A stretch of 64,000 nucleotides of DNA from Clytia hemisphaerica (taxonomy: Eukaryota): contig NW_027103772.1 in assembly GCF_902728285.1 (NCBI RefSeq), forward strand, positions 185,149 to 249,148. Direction: 5' to 3'. The notes beneath the pieces were generated by a model. That model made no database searches. It was not told the origin of the DNA and worked only from the letters and a program-made list of their open reading frames with translations. Positions 47,501 to 61,182 of the stretch are shown piece by piece. Position 1 is the stretch's first letter. Each line of letters starts with the position of its first letter. The translations under genes and the position numbers were made by a program.

Positions 47501-50500
47501 CTTTTGCCTGCGATGGCTTAAGCACGACTTTTAACCCTTCGGGCTTTATAAATCTGTGGCCCTAACCCCTGTGGAGCAAGACAGAGAACTGAAAGAACTA
47601 TCAGTCTCTCCTCTTCCTCAGAAATCAAGTACAACCCCCTGTACGTCAGCGACCCTGCGAGAATCTTTTTGAGACATCGATGATAAAATTGATGTGTTGT
47701 TTTTCCAATTTCTAAAAAATATTTAACTTTTTTTTTTCACAAGTACACCAGATATTTTTAGTCAATTTTTTCCAGTACGGCTCTTCAACGACACGAGTTT
47801 TTGACACGCGTAGCTTTTTTCAAACATATTCCGGTGTAAGATTTCTTAAATCCTAAAAGTTTATTCTAGGTCAAATGTTTGCATCCGGAAGGGAATTGTA
47901 TATTTTGAATGATAATATTCAATGTAATCTAATGCTTTTAAGCGTGATTACGAAATTCTAATTTCCACTATAAGTCTTATTAGAGAAAATTGAGACAAAA
48001 TTGAGAATTTCGTGGCAGGTTAAAGGAAAGATTATTTTTAACTAAAACAAAATCAAGGTAAAATGTTTCGGGATACTTTTCCTGCGTACTCTTTTAACAA
48101 AGGTTATTGAGTCTAATTGATTTAATCACTACTAAACATAAGAACAGCATCTAAGTCTTATGTCAAATGCCAAATGAAGTAAGGAAATTGGGCTCGAGTT
48201 TATTCCAGGATCAATGAATCCGTTTGGTTTACGTCTCATCATTACATTGGCCACAGCTCACAAAATCAGAACCTTGGTAAACTCGATCCTAATATTTTCC
48301 TCGTGTGACGCTAGGGCTTCTATATAGCGTATCAATCTGGTACCCAGAGCCAACTGCACCATTTTTTTATTTTCTGATAGACGTGATACAATACTTTCGT
48401 AATCACCATCAGAATCATAAAAGGCGAACTAAAGGACTGGGTTCGAGAGCCAATTTTCGAATAAAAACTAAAAAAAACTGCCCAAACAGTGCATCATATA
48501 TTTTTGCTTTCTCTAAGGCACCATCTATCAAAGACTCTTTTCTACAACACAGCATTCTATTGAAAGTTTTGGCATTGCTTCTTTAGACTTAATGCACAGC
48601 ATGCGGGTTTGTATTTTGCTGGATAGATTCATAGCAGTCGTATGCAAGACTACTTGATTGTCAAAACTGCTCTCATTACAAATTGTATTTCTCGTCATGG
48701 CCTTTGCATTGTGTACATGTTTGTAAATCTTTACTCGGTTGTTTTAAGGAAATGTTTTTGAAAACGTTTCGGTGTTTTACAATCAGTCAAAGCACTTCTT
48801 TTCTAATTCAACAGGCCCGGCAGAAGCGGGGAGACTGGGGAGACTTCAGCCTCCCCAATTTTGAGAAAATGAAATTTTTTGTTTTAAATTCATAGCGAAT
48901 TTCAACTCATTTTGAGCCTTCAGCCTCCCCCATCTTACGGTTGTTCCACTGGGCCTGTTAAACATTTTATACAGGTATAATATTTTGTTTCATGCTTTCA
49001 AATGATTGTCTAGACTTTGTTGTATAAAGATGACTGAATATAATACCACACTGAAGTAAGCAGTGTTGAAAAATGTCATACATATAAGGCATAAAACAAC
49101 ATCGAATCTGTTTCAAAGGATACACTATTTTCTTTATTAGAGCCACTAGACTCGCCTGTTCTCAACCGTTATTATCTCTTTGTATTTCGAGCATCAAATT
49201 GTTCTTATCGAGTTCTGATTTTAGGTTTCTTGCTTTGTATACAATACCCCACTTATTTTATTACTTTGACTGTTAAATCACTTAAAATTCAGGAATTCAA
49301 GCGACAACTTTGCTCTTAAATTGTTCTTATTTTCGGTGTTTTTTGAGTCGGCTGCTCAGCTTATAAACGATTGTTCTTAAAATAAAAGGAATGTATAACG
49401 TTTTGGCGTTCGGTTTCATGATAACGGGAACGTTATAGGAGGCCAATCGGACAAATATTGACGAAAGATCTGAAAAGAGATTTTGACAAAGTTTATTTTT
49501 CTTTACATATTAAGTTTCATTCCTACGTATTTTAATATTTTCTAAAAACTTTTTTTTCATCTCGACGTTTTTTATATAATTTTTCTTGCATGTCAGGTTA
49601 AATTGGTAAGTTACAAAGGAAAGAAAAATATATGCTCTTTTGTCATGGTCGTGATATCATCTTTATAAGACGGCGCATCGAATTTTCACGAGACTATGTT
49701 TGTCTTAACTTTTACAGTACTTGAAATAATTTTAGAAGTGGTTTCTTTTTCTATTTGATTGTGTTAAGGCAAGGCAGTTTGAAGGTTGACCGGGTTTCAA
49801 TGCAATTTTAAACCCGGGTAAGGCGAAAAATTTCCAAGTTTTGACCGGGGGTAGAGAATTTCAATAAATTTTGACTTACCAAAGCTTAAAATTAAGTTAA
49901 TTTTAGGAATTTTTTACCGGGTTATCCACCGGGATGGATATCACCGGGTCACTGATACAGGGGTGCTCGATCGGTTAAGTAAAATTCCTTTCTTGGTTCC
50001 GTTTTTAACACGGATACCTAAAGTGTCTCTAGGGTAGATGACTTTGACCGATATCGTTGTAAATATAGCTCAATGAAGCACTTAATAAAATTTAACATTA
50101 TTGAAATATTCACACTAAAAACATTAAACCTCTGTAATCATCAGAACATGATTTCATTATCTGTCGAGAGTTCTGAGAGTTTTATAAGTAGAGGGGAAAG
50201 CAGGATGTAAGACGTGATAAAAATAAACAGAGTTGATAAATTTGACAAGTTTAGATTTACGAGGTTTTATTATGCGATGTCAACAAGAAATTACACAGGT
50301 CGAGTGTTTTTGATAACGGGATTTAAGCCGCTTCTTGACTTAGTTGCTTTGTTGATAAAAATTGTTTTGATTTTCAAGTGAAGTATAAAGCTGTTGATTT
50401 ATGAGTATGTCAGTTTTTAAATCGTTGTGGTTTTAATTTCTAGGCTAATTTAGATTACGCTTATTCTAATTAGATGTATGTAATAGTTTATTTCAAGTTG

Positions 50501-51986
50501 ACGAACAGGTAGCAATAAAAGCTAATAGAAGTCAACGCTACTTTGCAATTTGCTAGGTAATTGATTAATTGACGGATTGATTTTGATTAACTTTTTCGGC
50601 TTTCTGTACCAGAGTGTACCTCACGTTTATCGTTTCGTAGTACTCTTCATAGTACCTCTACGGAAATGAATTTTGAAATTAGCCGTAGATATTGGGTCTG
50701 TGTACAGATAAGTCCCGAGACTAATGAACTTTAGTGACGTTTTTTAGGTTTTAGAAAAGTACAATTTTTAAAATGGTTTGAATCTTGATTGTAATTTTTG
50801 CGTGATTTATTTATTACACTAATCTTTGAAAAAACACTAATTGGTACTCGTTAGTGTAACTTCACTTCTTGTTTTATTACCGTTGCATTTCCTCCTATTA
50901 ATACCACGTAAGGAAGTCGAACAAAATATTTTTAATTGATTGTTCTTCTGAAGATTCATATTGAAAAAAAAATCCTTTTATAGAAAATCCGTAGAGGATA
51001 TTTTTATGGCAATCGGTAGTATATATAGCGTATACATGAAAAGGGAAAGTAGATGGTGGATGGCAAAATTGATAATTTACTCTTCGTTCTTAACGACGGA
51101 GTTCTTATCATATGTTTGATATTCATTGGTTGGAGTGTAACAAGACCTACCTCAAGTCTGAACTGGACTTTGGTTGATTTTTGACACTTAGTCTATTATT
51201 CATACGATGCTGTATATTTCTGTTGACCCCGCATTGCATGACATTGTACTTGACAAGGTTCAGTATTGACTCCATTTATTTAATTGCATAACTCTAAGAA
51301 AATCTAATAAATAATTTCACTGGGCTCCTTCGAAGTTTAAAAAAGTCACAAAGGCTCTTTGATAAAATTAGAGGTATCAAAAGCTGTGTGTTTATGTTTG
51401 TAAAGTGTGTCTACTTTTGGAGGACGTACAGATACCAGTTTTGGCTTTGAAGCTTGTTTCAAAAGTACACACGTTTTTTTTATAAGAGCATCAAAAAGTT
51501 TTGGAAGCCTTTTGATGTTCCTAATTCTAACTCTTTGAGTTTTTAAAGCTTAAAAATGTTCTTAATATGTTCTTATTTGCACCAGTTTGTAAATATTTTT
51601 CTGCAATTCGCAACAATTTGGTTCTTTTAGAATTCATAAAGCTTTAAAATGTTCTAAACTTGTTCCTAATATTTTGGCCATCTGAGCCTTATGTTCTTAT
51701 ATTTTTAGCTCTTATTAAAAACATTGCGCATATGATACTTTTTGCGTTTAATCAATTTGGCAGTTGGTGTAGGTGGATGGAGAATTTATGCAGAGAAATA
51801 ATTTCCTTTGGTTCTAAATATTTTTTTCCTTTTGGTGTCTGTTACATTTGTTCTACCAATTTTAGTTGACCGAGGAACATCATAGGCTCATAAACAGTCA
51901 GAGACTCATGCTTTTCTAATATGTTACAGGAACTAAAGGTATTCTTTTACTTGATAGATTTCGCCATCCGAATTCTATACGATTCC

Positions 51987-52275
51987 CAGCTGGCACACAA
52001 CGTTGTTGCAACATTCATCTAACGTTAAATGGACATTGTGTACATTAAATTGACGTTGAAAAAACGTTGTGTGCCAGCTGGGTTAGACGATTAAAGGTTT
52101 TGTGGATACAATACTCTTCAGGTTTAGGTCGACTAAAATCAAGTCTTTTACAATTTTTCAGAGTGTGACGGATCTTACTGATAATGTGGAACTAATCTTG
52201 TACACCGAGCCACTTGCACCCTTATTTTTCCACTTATCCACGCGTGATACAATTGTGAGCAATATCAGAATTAGT
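51987..52275. mobile_element. Short repeat family with a terminal palindrome CAGCTGGCACACAACGTTG. A second copy is at 58911-59120.
   Basis: cagctggcacacaacgttgttgcaacg...caacgttgtgtgccagctgg. Both copies share the tail cgtgataca(at/ac)..tgagc..tatcagaat. Confidence 0.5.
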
Positions 52276-55200
52276 TAGTATGTGTTTAAATTCTAATTTG
52301 TACTGATATACTAGCCTAGAAATCTAAGCCAGATTGATTCAGTCACTCATTAAAATCTGATGGTAATTTGTGACTGAACATCAGTTTTTCAAGGCAAACT
52401 TTAAATTCCGTACATCATAAAAATCACCATAAAAGCACCGATAACGCTATATTGTGTTCAGCCGTATCTTGGCCTTGTAAAGACTGGCTTGGTTAACCAG
52501 GCTACTGATATACTTCGTAGCGAAGCTTTCTGGATTTCACAATGACTTGTTCGATTGACAATTTCAATTTTTTTATTTTAACTATTTTCCATGTGCCAAA
52601 AAAATTTATCCTGAAACTTTTAATCTGTCTAGACAGCACATCAGGATATAAGAAATTTAGATATTAAAACATTTGAATTTCGTTTATTTTGGTGTTACGA
52701 AGCAACCATGCAAACTATTCCACAATATACCTAATGTTTGACAAGCTAAATCATGTTTGTTAGTTTGCAAAATGTTTTTGTCCTAACAACTGATCAAATG
52801 TATCATGTTTGTATGTCCCAAGCTAGGAAATTTTCAAATATTTTTTAGAAAATGGAAATTTATTACAATGTTTCAAATTTCTAAATTTGATATGATTCCA
52901 GACTGATACTTTAACAGAATTTTAGCTACTTTGAGTATATGAATGATGTATTAGCTGTCATAATCTTAACATAAATCTCTCCTTTATGCTGATTTGTTTG
53001 GGCTAAACTTGTATTACCATTCAACATTTTCTGATTTGCGATTAAAACAGATTTTAACAGTGTTCTGCACGGCATGGGACTGCCTCACTCAATTTTTGAA
53101 TTTCCATATAAATCCTTTAGTTGATCTCGTATAGGCGAGGTATCTATTCAATGTTTTTGAAAGCGATTTGTAAATGATACCTTGCTGTACTATATGTTAC
53201 ACACGGCTGAAAATTTTTATACAAAAACGGCAACTGTTGTAACGGTTATAAAGAGACCAACGTGATTTTCCAGGGAAGTATAAAATTCAGAATTCTCTGC
53301 TTTGGAATTACAGTGTAGGCTCTATAGCTCAAATAGGCACGGAAACCGGAGAATTTGTTTGAGTAATAAGACATCTGAATTGCAGAGCTATAGAGATTTT
53401 AGTTATAAAAGAGGTTGAGATAGGCTGCTGGCATCCACTAACGGATTCGTGCTCCTTATAGATATACTATACTATACTACCTGGGCTTTTGTAGAGGTCT
53501 GCGATTCAGACTATTAAGGTTGAGACGCCACTAATATGGCAAAGCACTTGCGAAAGTAAATTTTGTTCCCCTTGCTTGTTCCAGTAGCTTCACTGGAATA
53601 TCGTGTCTCAAAGATGTTTGGTAAGCGCATGATTTTTTATCCCAAGATATATAATGGAATAGGGCCCATACCAACCGCAATGATGGGGTTATTTTTTCTT
53701 CCGGTGCAATATATAATCTGAATTTATTGAATGACCAGTTTGGACTAATTAACGACCAAATTAAGAACACCCCCTTCTCATACCAGACCCGGTAGGATTT
53801 TTTGAACCAGTGGAGATATAAAAATGACGGTCTAAGACTGGGGATATTCCCATATTTTTGTGGTGTATAATTTTCCACTGGGGACAATATTTTGGCCAAT
53901 TCTTCCAGTGGGAAGAGTTCCCAGTGGGTCTGTGAGAAGTTGTTGTTTAAGATACAGGGGTGTTTAGAAGTATTGGAATATAAGACATGTCTTTAATAGG
54001 ATCACTATCTCGTCAATTTTGATTGCTCCTCAGTTCTCTGAAATGTGTTGCTTCTTTGCTATATATAAGGTAGAATTATACGTTTTCTGTGTGAAATTTT
54101 GACGGTTGACGAGTACTATTTACATGAATTGCATATTCTTGATTTTCCGGGTTGCATGAAAATTTGAATTTCATATCAGATGTCTCGGTTTCTTATTGTT
54201 ACAGATGTTTGTGCCAAGAATTTCGGTGTTGATTAAAATGCAGAGAATACATTCTTAGAGAATCTTTTTTCAAATAACATTTTGTTGACCTACTAGGTAT
54301 TAAACAGACACCCCTGTCTCGCAGCCCTGGAGAAACTTTTTCCCGATTGGGATAGAAATTCTATCGTTCTCAGGTCAAAAAATCAAGTGGTGATGGTTTT
54401 ATTAAAGTGCATTTTCTTTCCATTGGATTTTGAAATGGGGATAAAAACAGAGTCATATTTCAAGTGGGGTTGAAATTATAGTGTATTTCTCTCACCGGAG
54501 ACGAAATGGCGGCCCGATTTTTCCAGTGGGATAAGGGTCTAAGCGGGTCTGTGACTACGTTCGAGGATAATAAAGAAAAATTTTGTACTTTGTGATCATC
54601 ATTCAAATTTTGAATGATAATTTTCTTGTATAGAAATAAATTATTCAAGGAGCTGAATTTGTCCCACGTGGAGTAAAGATATCTTGAGAAATTTTAGGAA
54701 AAAGTTTAGATAATTTAAATCGTAAACTAAAATTATAAAAACACAGTATGAGACCTATGTTCTATCAGGGAAGAAGGAAAAAGAAAAGAAAACAGTCTAT
54801 ACAAGCTGGAGAGAAGTTTTGAAATGTTACTTTTTAGTTATTGTTTTATGAAAATGAAACTGCTTGTGTGCTTGTTTGATTGAATGATTCGAAATTGATT
54901 ATATGTTGAAATTGTGGAATAATGATATCAAAGAAAAAGGATACCTTAAAATTTATTGCGCTGTATTTTGGGGGGTCTGAATAGAATCTTATCTGGCACC
55001 CAGATAGTGAAATTTTCATCCGATACGCTAAAGCTCTGAAGGTCGGGAAGATTTTGGCCCACTCCTTTAGAGCTTTTACGTCATCGGAATATCAGATAAA
55101 ATCGAATCTAGCACTTTTTGTTTGTTTTCGAGTTTCACATTTTTAGAATTTCGGTGGTAAATGTTACGCCCAACCTAGCGTAGGAAATATATGGCTTGAA

Positions 55201-55429
55201 TTCCTACACAAGGAATATTCACCTCTAGTATACGGCTATTCTCACAAGGTCTACTGTAAATGACTTTACTATAAATGAGACATCAATACAATGATGTTAT
55301 GACTTTCAAAGTATGAAATTGTACTAATCTTTCATCCATGTCCATGCCTATAGCCCTTTTCTTTGACTTCACTCAATCAAGTTACAAATTATTATTAAAT
55401 TTCAGGTACAAAAAAACATAGAAACAAAA

Positions 55430-56370
55430 ATGACAAATCCGACCGGACGCTTACCTGGTGATCGACGCATCTTCACCTACTTACAGAACGCGTACGCGCG
55501 AAAAACACATTGGCTGACACCACTACCATGGAAACCAAACTTTAAATTCTTATTTGACCAATCTTATATGAAAGATATCAAATTTAAACATGCTGTGCAG
55601 TACGATTCGCTTTCCAAAGAAGGAGAAACCTTGAACGCAGGCAATAATTTTACGTACAGTTTACTAAACATGTTATCTCAGCTGGATCTAAGGCTAGCTA
55701 CAATAGAAGGGAACCTGGGCTCAGGTAAAACTAGCCTGATTTATAGATTCTTAAAAGACTGGGTTCGAGTTTCAACAAAACTGAAAAATAGCGGGAAAGT
55801 TTTCTTGCATTGTGATCTAACCAATATTGATGTAGAAAACATGAAGCCGAAACTGGATTTGAATTCCGTTATGGATTTATTCGGATTACCGGGTTACCTT
55901 TATGATGATTTTATGTGGCTAATCGAGAAAAATAGCGATAAAATTATTGTATTAATCGAGACACACAACATAAGGGCATCATCGAGACTTGTTTTCAAAC
56001 TTTTCTATAAAGTATTCCCAACCGGGAAATTCGTTATATTTCACAGACCAGATAAGACAAACTCATACTTAGACGTACCGATCTCACAGGAATATCGTTA
56101 TCTATTACGGCGCCGAGTAAAGTTGAAAATTCAAAACTACGACATCCGACAGACTGTGAATTTAGTAAAGCAGATTTCATCGAATTCTATAATGTTCCAA
56201 AACTTTCGTGACGCTTTATACGAATACTTGTCTTTATCTAGACTGTGTTCCAATCCCTTTATATTGATGGTTGTTCTAAATATTTATAAAGAAACAAAGA
56301 GTATCAAGTTTCTGGAAAACAGGCTATCGCTACTTCGGAAGATCCTTACAGCTGTGTGGCGACGATATGC
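55430..56370 (+). CDS. NACHT/STAND P-loop NTPase (NLR-like) gene, first coding exon. Holds Walker A GNLGSGKTSL and a candidate Walker B IIVLIETHN.
   Basis: ORF 55430-56374. ...ATIEGNLGSGKTSLIYRFL... with NACHT-like downstream blocks (...LCSNPFILMVVLNIYK...). gtaagt donor at 56371. A possible acceptor tttcag lies at 55400 just upstream of the ATG. Confidence 0.65.
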
Positions 56371-56794
56371 GTAAGTTGCTTATATTGGTTGACCAGCAAT
56401 AGCTCCTCTATTGAGGAGGAATAAGAATCGACAAAAATATTCAATCGTAAAGGCTTGGGGAAACGAGATTTGTTTTTCGCGTTGATACAATGCAACTTGC
56501 TCCATCCCACCAACCTGAAACACTTTCTCGTGTCTCCGACCCATTTTTCTTTCTACCAATAAAAGTGAAGTCTCACTTTTGTCCTATGAAACAAAAATGA
56601 AACCATGAGACACACACTTTTTTCTTGTCTTGGTGGGATGGAGCATGTTGCATTGCACCAACGCAAAAAACTTCTCGTGTCCCCAAGCCTTAACCCCACA
56701 AAATCATGACAAAAATATATTCTTGGCACACCCGGCAGAGCATAATATTACAGATTAGTATAGACCCGCTTTTTATCTTTGTTTTGATTTTCAG

Positions 56795-57350
56795 GAATAC
56801 AACAGATCAATACGATGCTGACATCATCCAACATATCGATAGCTTGCTCATCTCTTTCTCCGATGTTGCCATAGAGACATATACAACAAACTGTCACTTA
56901 TCTGAGGATGTTATTTCTGAAAATGAACATTCTATTCTTTTACTGGATTCCGGTCTGTTAATTGAACACCGGCTACCAACGAAAAATACAGACTCAATTG
57001 AACGCGTATACACATTTTTTGATCCGCTGTTACACGAGTACACGTGCGCTTTAAAGTATTCGAGGCAAATTACAGAACAGCCTGATACCATAGAGGAGAT
57101 TGGGAATACATTATTTTCACCTGAATGGAAAGATGTGTGTCTACTAGTAGCTGGTCTATTAGGGAAACATTTTAGTATTCTGATTAAAGAGATAAATTTT
57201 GATTATATGGAGGATTCAGCACTCCATATTTTATCAGATGCTTTGAATCAATGTCAATGTCCGAGACTTTGTTTAAGAGATGTTGATCATATTCCTGTAC
57301 CTCAATCTATCGATTTTTCAGAGATGCCAATAACGGCTTCCACACTTAAA
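56795..57350 (+). CDS. NLR-like gene, second coding exon (NACHT C-terminal / winged-helix region). It is in phase with exon 1 (gc|g = Ala).
   Basis: ttttcag acceptor at 56794. ...EHSILLLDSGLLIEHRLP...VYTFFDPLLHEYTCALKY corresponds to the NACHT F-x-H-x-S-x-QEFLAA motif. Candidate gtaagtgctttaa donors at 57351 and again at 57498; exon end uncertain. Confidence 0.55.
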
Positions 57351-57895
57351 GGTAAGTGCTTTAACCCTTTGCGTTCCATGCCAAAAATACTGATGCCTAG
57401 ATTTATCGTCACCTCTCTCCGTGCCAAAAATACTGATAACGAGGTAACTCACAATTACGTGGTGTTCCAAGTATACCGCGGGTTTCAAAAAACTTTCGTA
57501 AGTGCTTTAATATTAGAAGCATCGCAGCGGTTTACGGAAAATTAGCGGCGCTAGAATTGGAAGCAGCCTTACATCTGTAAAAACCTCCACCACTGCTTAT
57601 TCCGGCCACCAAAGCTAACATCTGTTTTAAAATTTATCCCTCCTCCTAAACTATTCCCTTTGTAGTGACCTTGTGTAGACGATAGGATTATCTAAATACT
57701 ATCAGAAAGTTTTGTAATTTTTCAATTGACTTACCTTTGCTTGGAAAATTGTTATTTAAAATTTCATCTTCCTAGGGTTTTTTCAGTTTTTTACGACATT
57801 AAATCTAGCTGCTGTCCAGTGAAATATAAGACCCCTAAGCTAGAGATGAAAAACGTTTACTCATAACATTTTCATTCAATTTTACAACAATATAG

Positions 57896-58354
57896 GTTTA
57901 CAAACTTTACTTGACTGGTCTCACGAGTCTCAAAACGTTGAAAACCAAAATGGCGGATATCAAAGTAAACGGGACAGTTGGAACACCAAACAAATAAACA
58001 TTCAAAAAACAGCTTTAGAACGTTTCATGATGAAACACCAAAGCCGGCAAGACCTCAACGACAATAAATTATATTCTTCATCCAACACAATGAATTATGA
58101 TATCCGTAACAATAAATCTTCTTGTCAAAACATGTCAATACCTTTGAAACAACGATCAGAATCTTCCACGTCCTGGTATAACAGATATAGTAGTTGTCCA
58201 GATTTTAACCATGCATTTGGTAGTTTGTTGACATTGAATACTTCGTTTGATGTTGACGACTCTGGTGAGGATTTGCTGATTGAACAAAGTTGGGGAAGTC
58301 ATTATCAAGCACATTTGAATAAACAAAAATCGATAGCCAATCTTAATTCTCTTG
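57896..58354 (+). CDS. Tentative NLR-like exon, a Ser/Asn-rich linker. The 5' boundary is unresolved.
   Basis: The frame is open from 57850 to the gtaagt donor at 58355. Its phase links perfectly to the next two exons, but I found no phase-0 acceptor to link it to exon 2. Confidence 0.3.
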
Positions 58355-59215
58355 GTAAGTGTTCACCTCTGTGTTACAGACCCACTGGACCTGGCTGAGG
58401 TCACTGGAAAATGTGGTGAAAATTTCGTCCCCGGTGGGAAAATACCCTGGAATTTTAGCCCCACTGGGAAATTGGCTTTGATTTCATCTACATTCGATAT
58501 TCAATGTTTAAAAATTGCATTCCAAAAGCATCCACACTGGATTTTTTAACCCTGGAACAATAGAATTTCTATCCACATTGGAATTTCAATATGAATATCC
58601 CCACTGAGGAAAAAAGTTCCACCGGGGCTGTGAGATAGGGGTGTAAGTGTGTGCGATAAAATCCGAACTCCAACTCTCTCCCTTAATTCACTATTTTTAT
58701 CCTGATAGTGAAAGGATCACTATTGTATCACGTCCATCCATCCATCAGTAAAATCAAAAAGCTGGTACTAGTGGCTCTGGGCGTCTCTACGAGATTGTGT
58801 CGAGCTTAAATGACCATCGAGCTTATACGGAAATCTGCGCAATAGACTTGTTTTACAGACTGAGTTGAACCCAGTAAAAATAAAATCATCCAAAAAAATC
58901 ACCCCTTACGCAGCTGGCACACAACATTGTTTCAACGTTAATATAACGTTATATGGACGTTGTGAACGTTAGATAAACGTTGAAACAACGTTGTGTATGA
59001 GATGGGTTGAGGAAAATACTCTGCGATCAATCCTGTACCACTTGCAACACTTTTTGACTTTGATGAGGTGGGCGTGATACAACCATGAGCGCTATCAGAA
59101 TAAAAAACGACTGATATCTCACTGGGTTAAATTCGAATCCATTCCTGTGGTCCGCTTTTTGATTCTAATAGCACTATACAATTCGTATAACTTTTAATTA
59201 ATTCACTTTTTCCAG

Positions 59216-59387
59216 GTACTCTCCGACAAAACCAATCCCTTCCATCGAGAACCAATAGTTTCACTGGATCACTATACCAACAAAATGAAAGTGTTCTTGG
59301 ATCTTCATATTCACTTTATTCTTCACTTGATTCTTTATTAAACGGTGGAGAAAAGAAAAATGATTACATCAAAGATCTCAGATTGAA
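59216..59387 (+). CDS. NLR-like gene exon (Ser-rich linker).
   Basis: ttccag acceptor, gtatat donor. (G)TLRQNQSLPSRTNSFTGSLYQQNESVLGSSYSLYSSLDSLLNGGEKKNDYIKDLRLK. Phase is consistent with neighbouring exons (g|gt = Gly; g|aa = Glu). Confidence 0.45.
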
Positions 59388-60139
59388 AGGTATATCATAT
59401 ATTCGATATTTCAAATCTTATTATCAGTAAAAAGTAATTTAGCTCGCATAATTTTCTGATCATCAGGACAAACCTCTTTAAGAGAAGGAGACAAATCTAG
59501 ATTAGATTTAGTTCAACTTCGTTTCCTGTCATGGCGTCCTAAATTAATACAATTTAGAACGCCATGTTCCCTGTGTATTACCAGCTTTTTCTGTGCTTAC
59601 TGATGGCGTCTATCAGTAACCTAAAAATAAAGCCTGGGATACATGAGGACGAGGTTGGATTTAGTTTTGCTTAACCCACCTGGGTTTCAGATAAAACTTA
59701 AAAGTCAGATTTAGAATATAATTTATCGCCGGGTTTCGAAAAATGTAGGACGTGAAAACAAAAAGAGTGCTAAGTCCCAGAGGCAGTTCAAATCTTAAGG
59801 CTCCACTTTTTCTTGCTTAAGAAAGGTTGAAGGTTCCTCTCTAGCCGTCAGCTTTAAACTCTTAGGTATCGGGTATTGGCCTCAGTCGGTATGTGGGTTC
59901 GATCCCCGTTTTTCTAATTGTCGAATGAGTAACTTATAGATTGGGTAAGTTTCTGGGAGCTAAGAGTATGTGTAGCACTCCACTTAAGCATTCGACCTCC
60001 CAGGTCTAGCACAAATAAAAAAGGGAAAGACTTCCTCATTCCCAGCTTCACTAACATCCACGGAATGAATATACTTACTTACTAATTATAGGATCATGCA
60101 TCGGGAATCGAACATACGCGTCCCTCGTCACTTTCTTAG

Positions 60140-60356
60140 AAGATAATCACCTTGAACGTTTATTTCTGATGGACCAACACGAAGAAAACCATTCAAATGC
60201 ACCATTATCAATCTCTTCAAAGCTGGTCAATAAATTCTTGGAAGCAATATCAGAGAGCTTGACAGAATTGACATTGAATTCAAATCTTCTTGGAAGTCAT
60301 TGGATTGACCATTTAGTGGCCATGATTGTGGAGAATTCAAACATCAGTTATTTGAG
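60140..60356 (+). CDS. NLR-like gene exon encoding RI-type leucine-rich repeats.
   Basis: ttcttag acceptor, gtaaga donor. DNHLERLFLMDQHEENHSNAPLSISSKLVNKFLEAISESLTELTLNSNLLGSHWIDHLVAMIVENSNISYL fits LxxLxLxxNxL...LxxxL. Confidence 0.5.
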
Positions 60357-60775
60357 GTAAGATCGAAATCGGCTATTCTAGAAATAGTCTGTACCCCCTA
60401 TGTTGAGGTCCAGAATGGTCTGAAAAATAAAAAATCCAGGGTGGTCTGGTTTTTTGAATGATAAAATCCAGGGTGGTCAGTAAAACGAGGTCGAAAATCC
60501 AGGGTGGTCCAAAGAAATGGGAGAAAGAAATTCAAGGGGTGCCTGAAAAGTTTGAAAAAAATGGTGGGGTCACCTTTAAAAAAAAAGATATCTCCTCAAC
60601 ATAGGGGGTATAAATCATTTCTGGAATAGCCCAATATAGTCTTTCCTCAGTACGGGTGAGTTTCAACAATTTTCTCCAACTTGATAATGGCTGAAATTTT
60701 GAAAACTATTTTTTTCCGAATGTACAATTAACTTTAACTAGCTTTAAGTGCATTCTTTCATATGGAAACCAATCC

Positions 60776-61040
60776 GGGGGGGTACTTAGGAAAATGAGGA
60801 TGCGGTATGTGCCGCCCTTAAGGGCACCTTTTTTGGATTTCCAAAGTCCTGCTAAGGGTCGGAAAAATCAGAAAATTAAATCTCAGTCCCACTAAGGGTC
60901 GAAGAAATAGGAAAATTTCAACTTCTTACCCCTGCCGGAAAGATCAAAATTTGGTCAAAATTTACCGGTAAGGGTCCGAAGGTCGAAAGTTGGGCGGCAA
61001 CCCCCCGTCAGTTCACAACACTAGTACCCCCTTCCTAGGG
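60776..61040. mobile_element. MITE of the GGGGTACT...AGTACCCC family, inside an NLR intron.
   Basis: ccgggggggtacttaggaaaatgagg ... cactagtaccccc. Related to 37528-37826. Confidence 0.5.
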
Positions 61041-61089
61041 ATGGACTTATTTAGATAAATTGAAAATATCTTAACAATTTATTTTTCAG

Positions 61090-61182
61090 TGTGGCAGTGA
61101 CTGACCTTGAACAACTAAATGTAGAAAATGCTTTAAAATTGACCAAAGCTTTTCAAAGAAACACAGCATTGCAACAATTCGA
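61090..61182 (+). CDS. NLR-like gene LRR exon. The gene probably continues beyond 61182.
   Basis: tttttcag acceptor, gtaagt donor. (S)VAVTDLEQLNVENALKLTKAFQRNTALQQF. Phase is consistent with the previous exon (ag|t = Ser). Confidence 0.45.
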
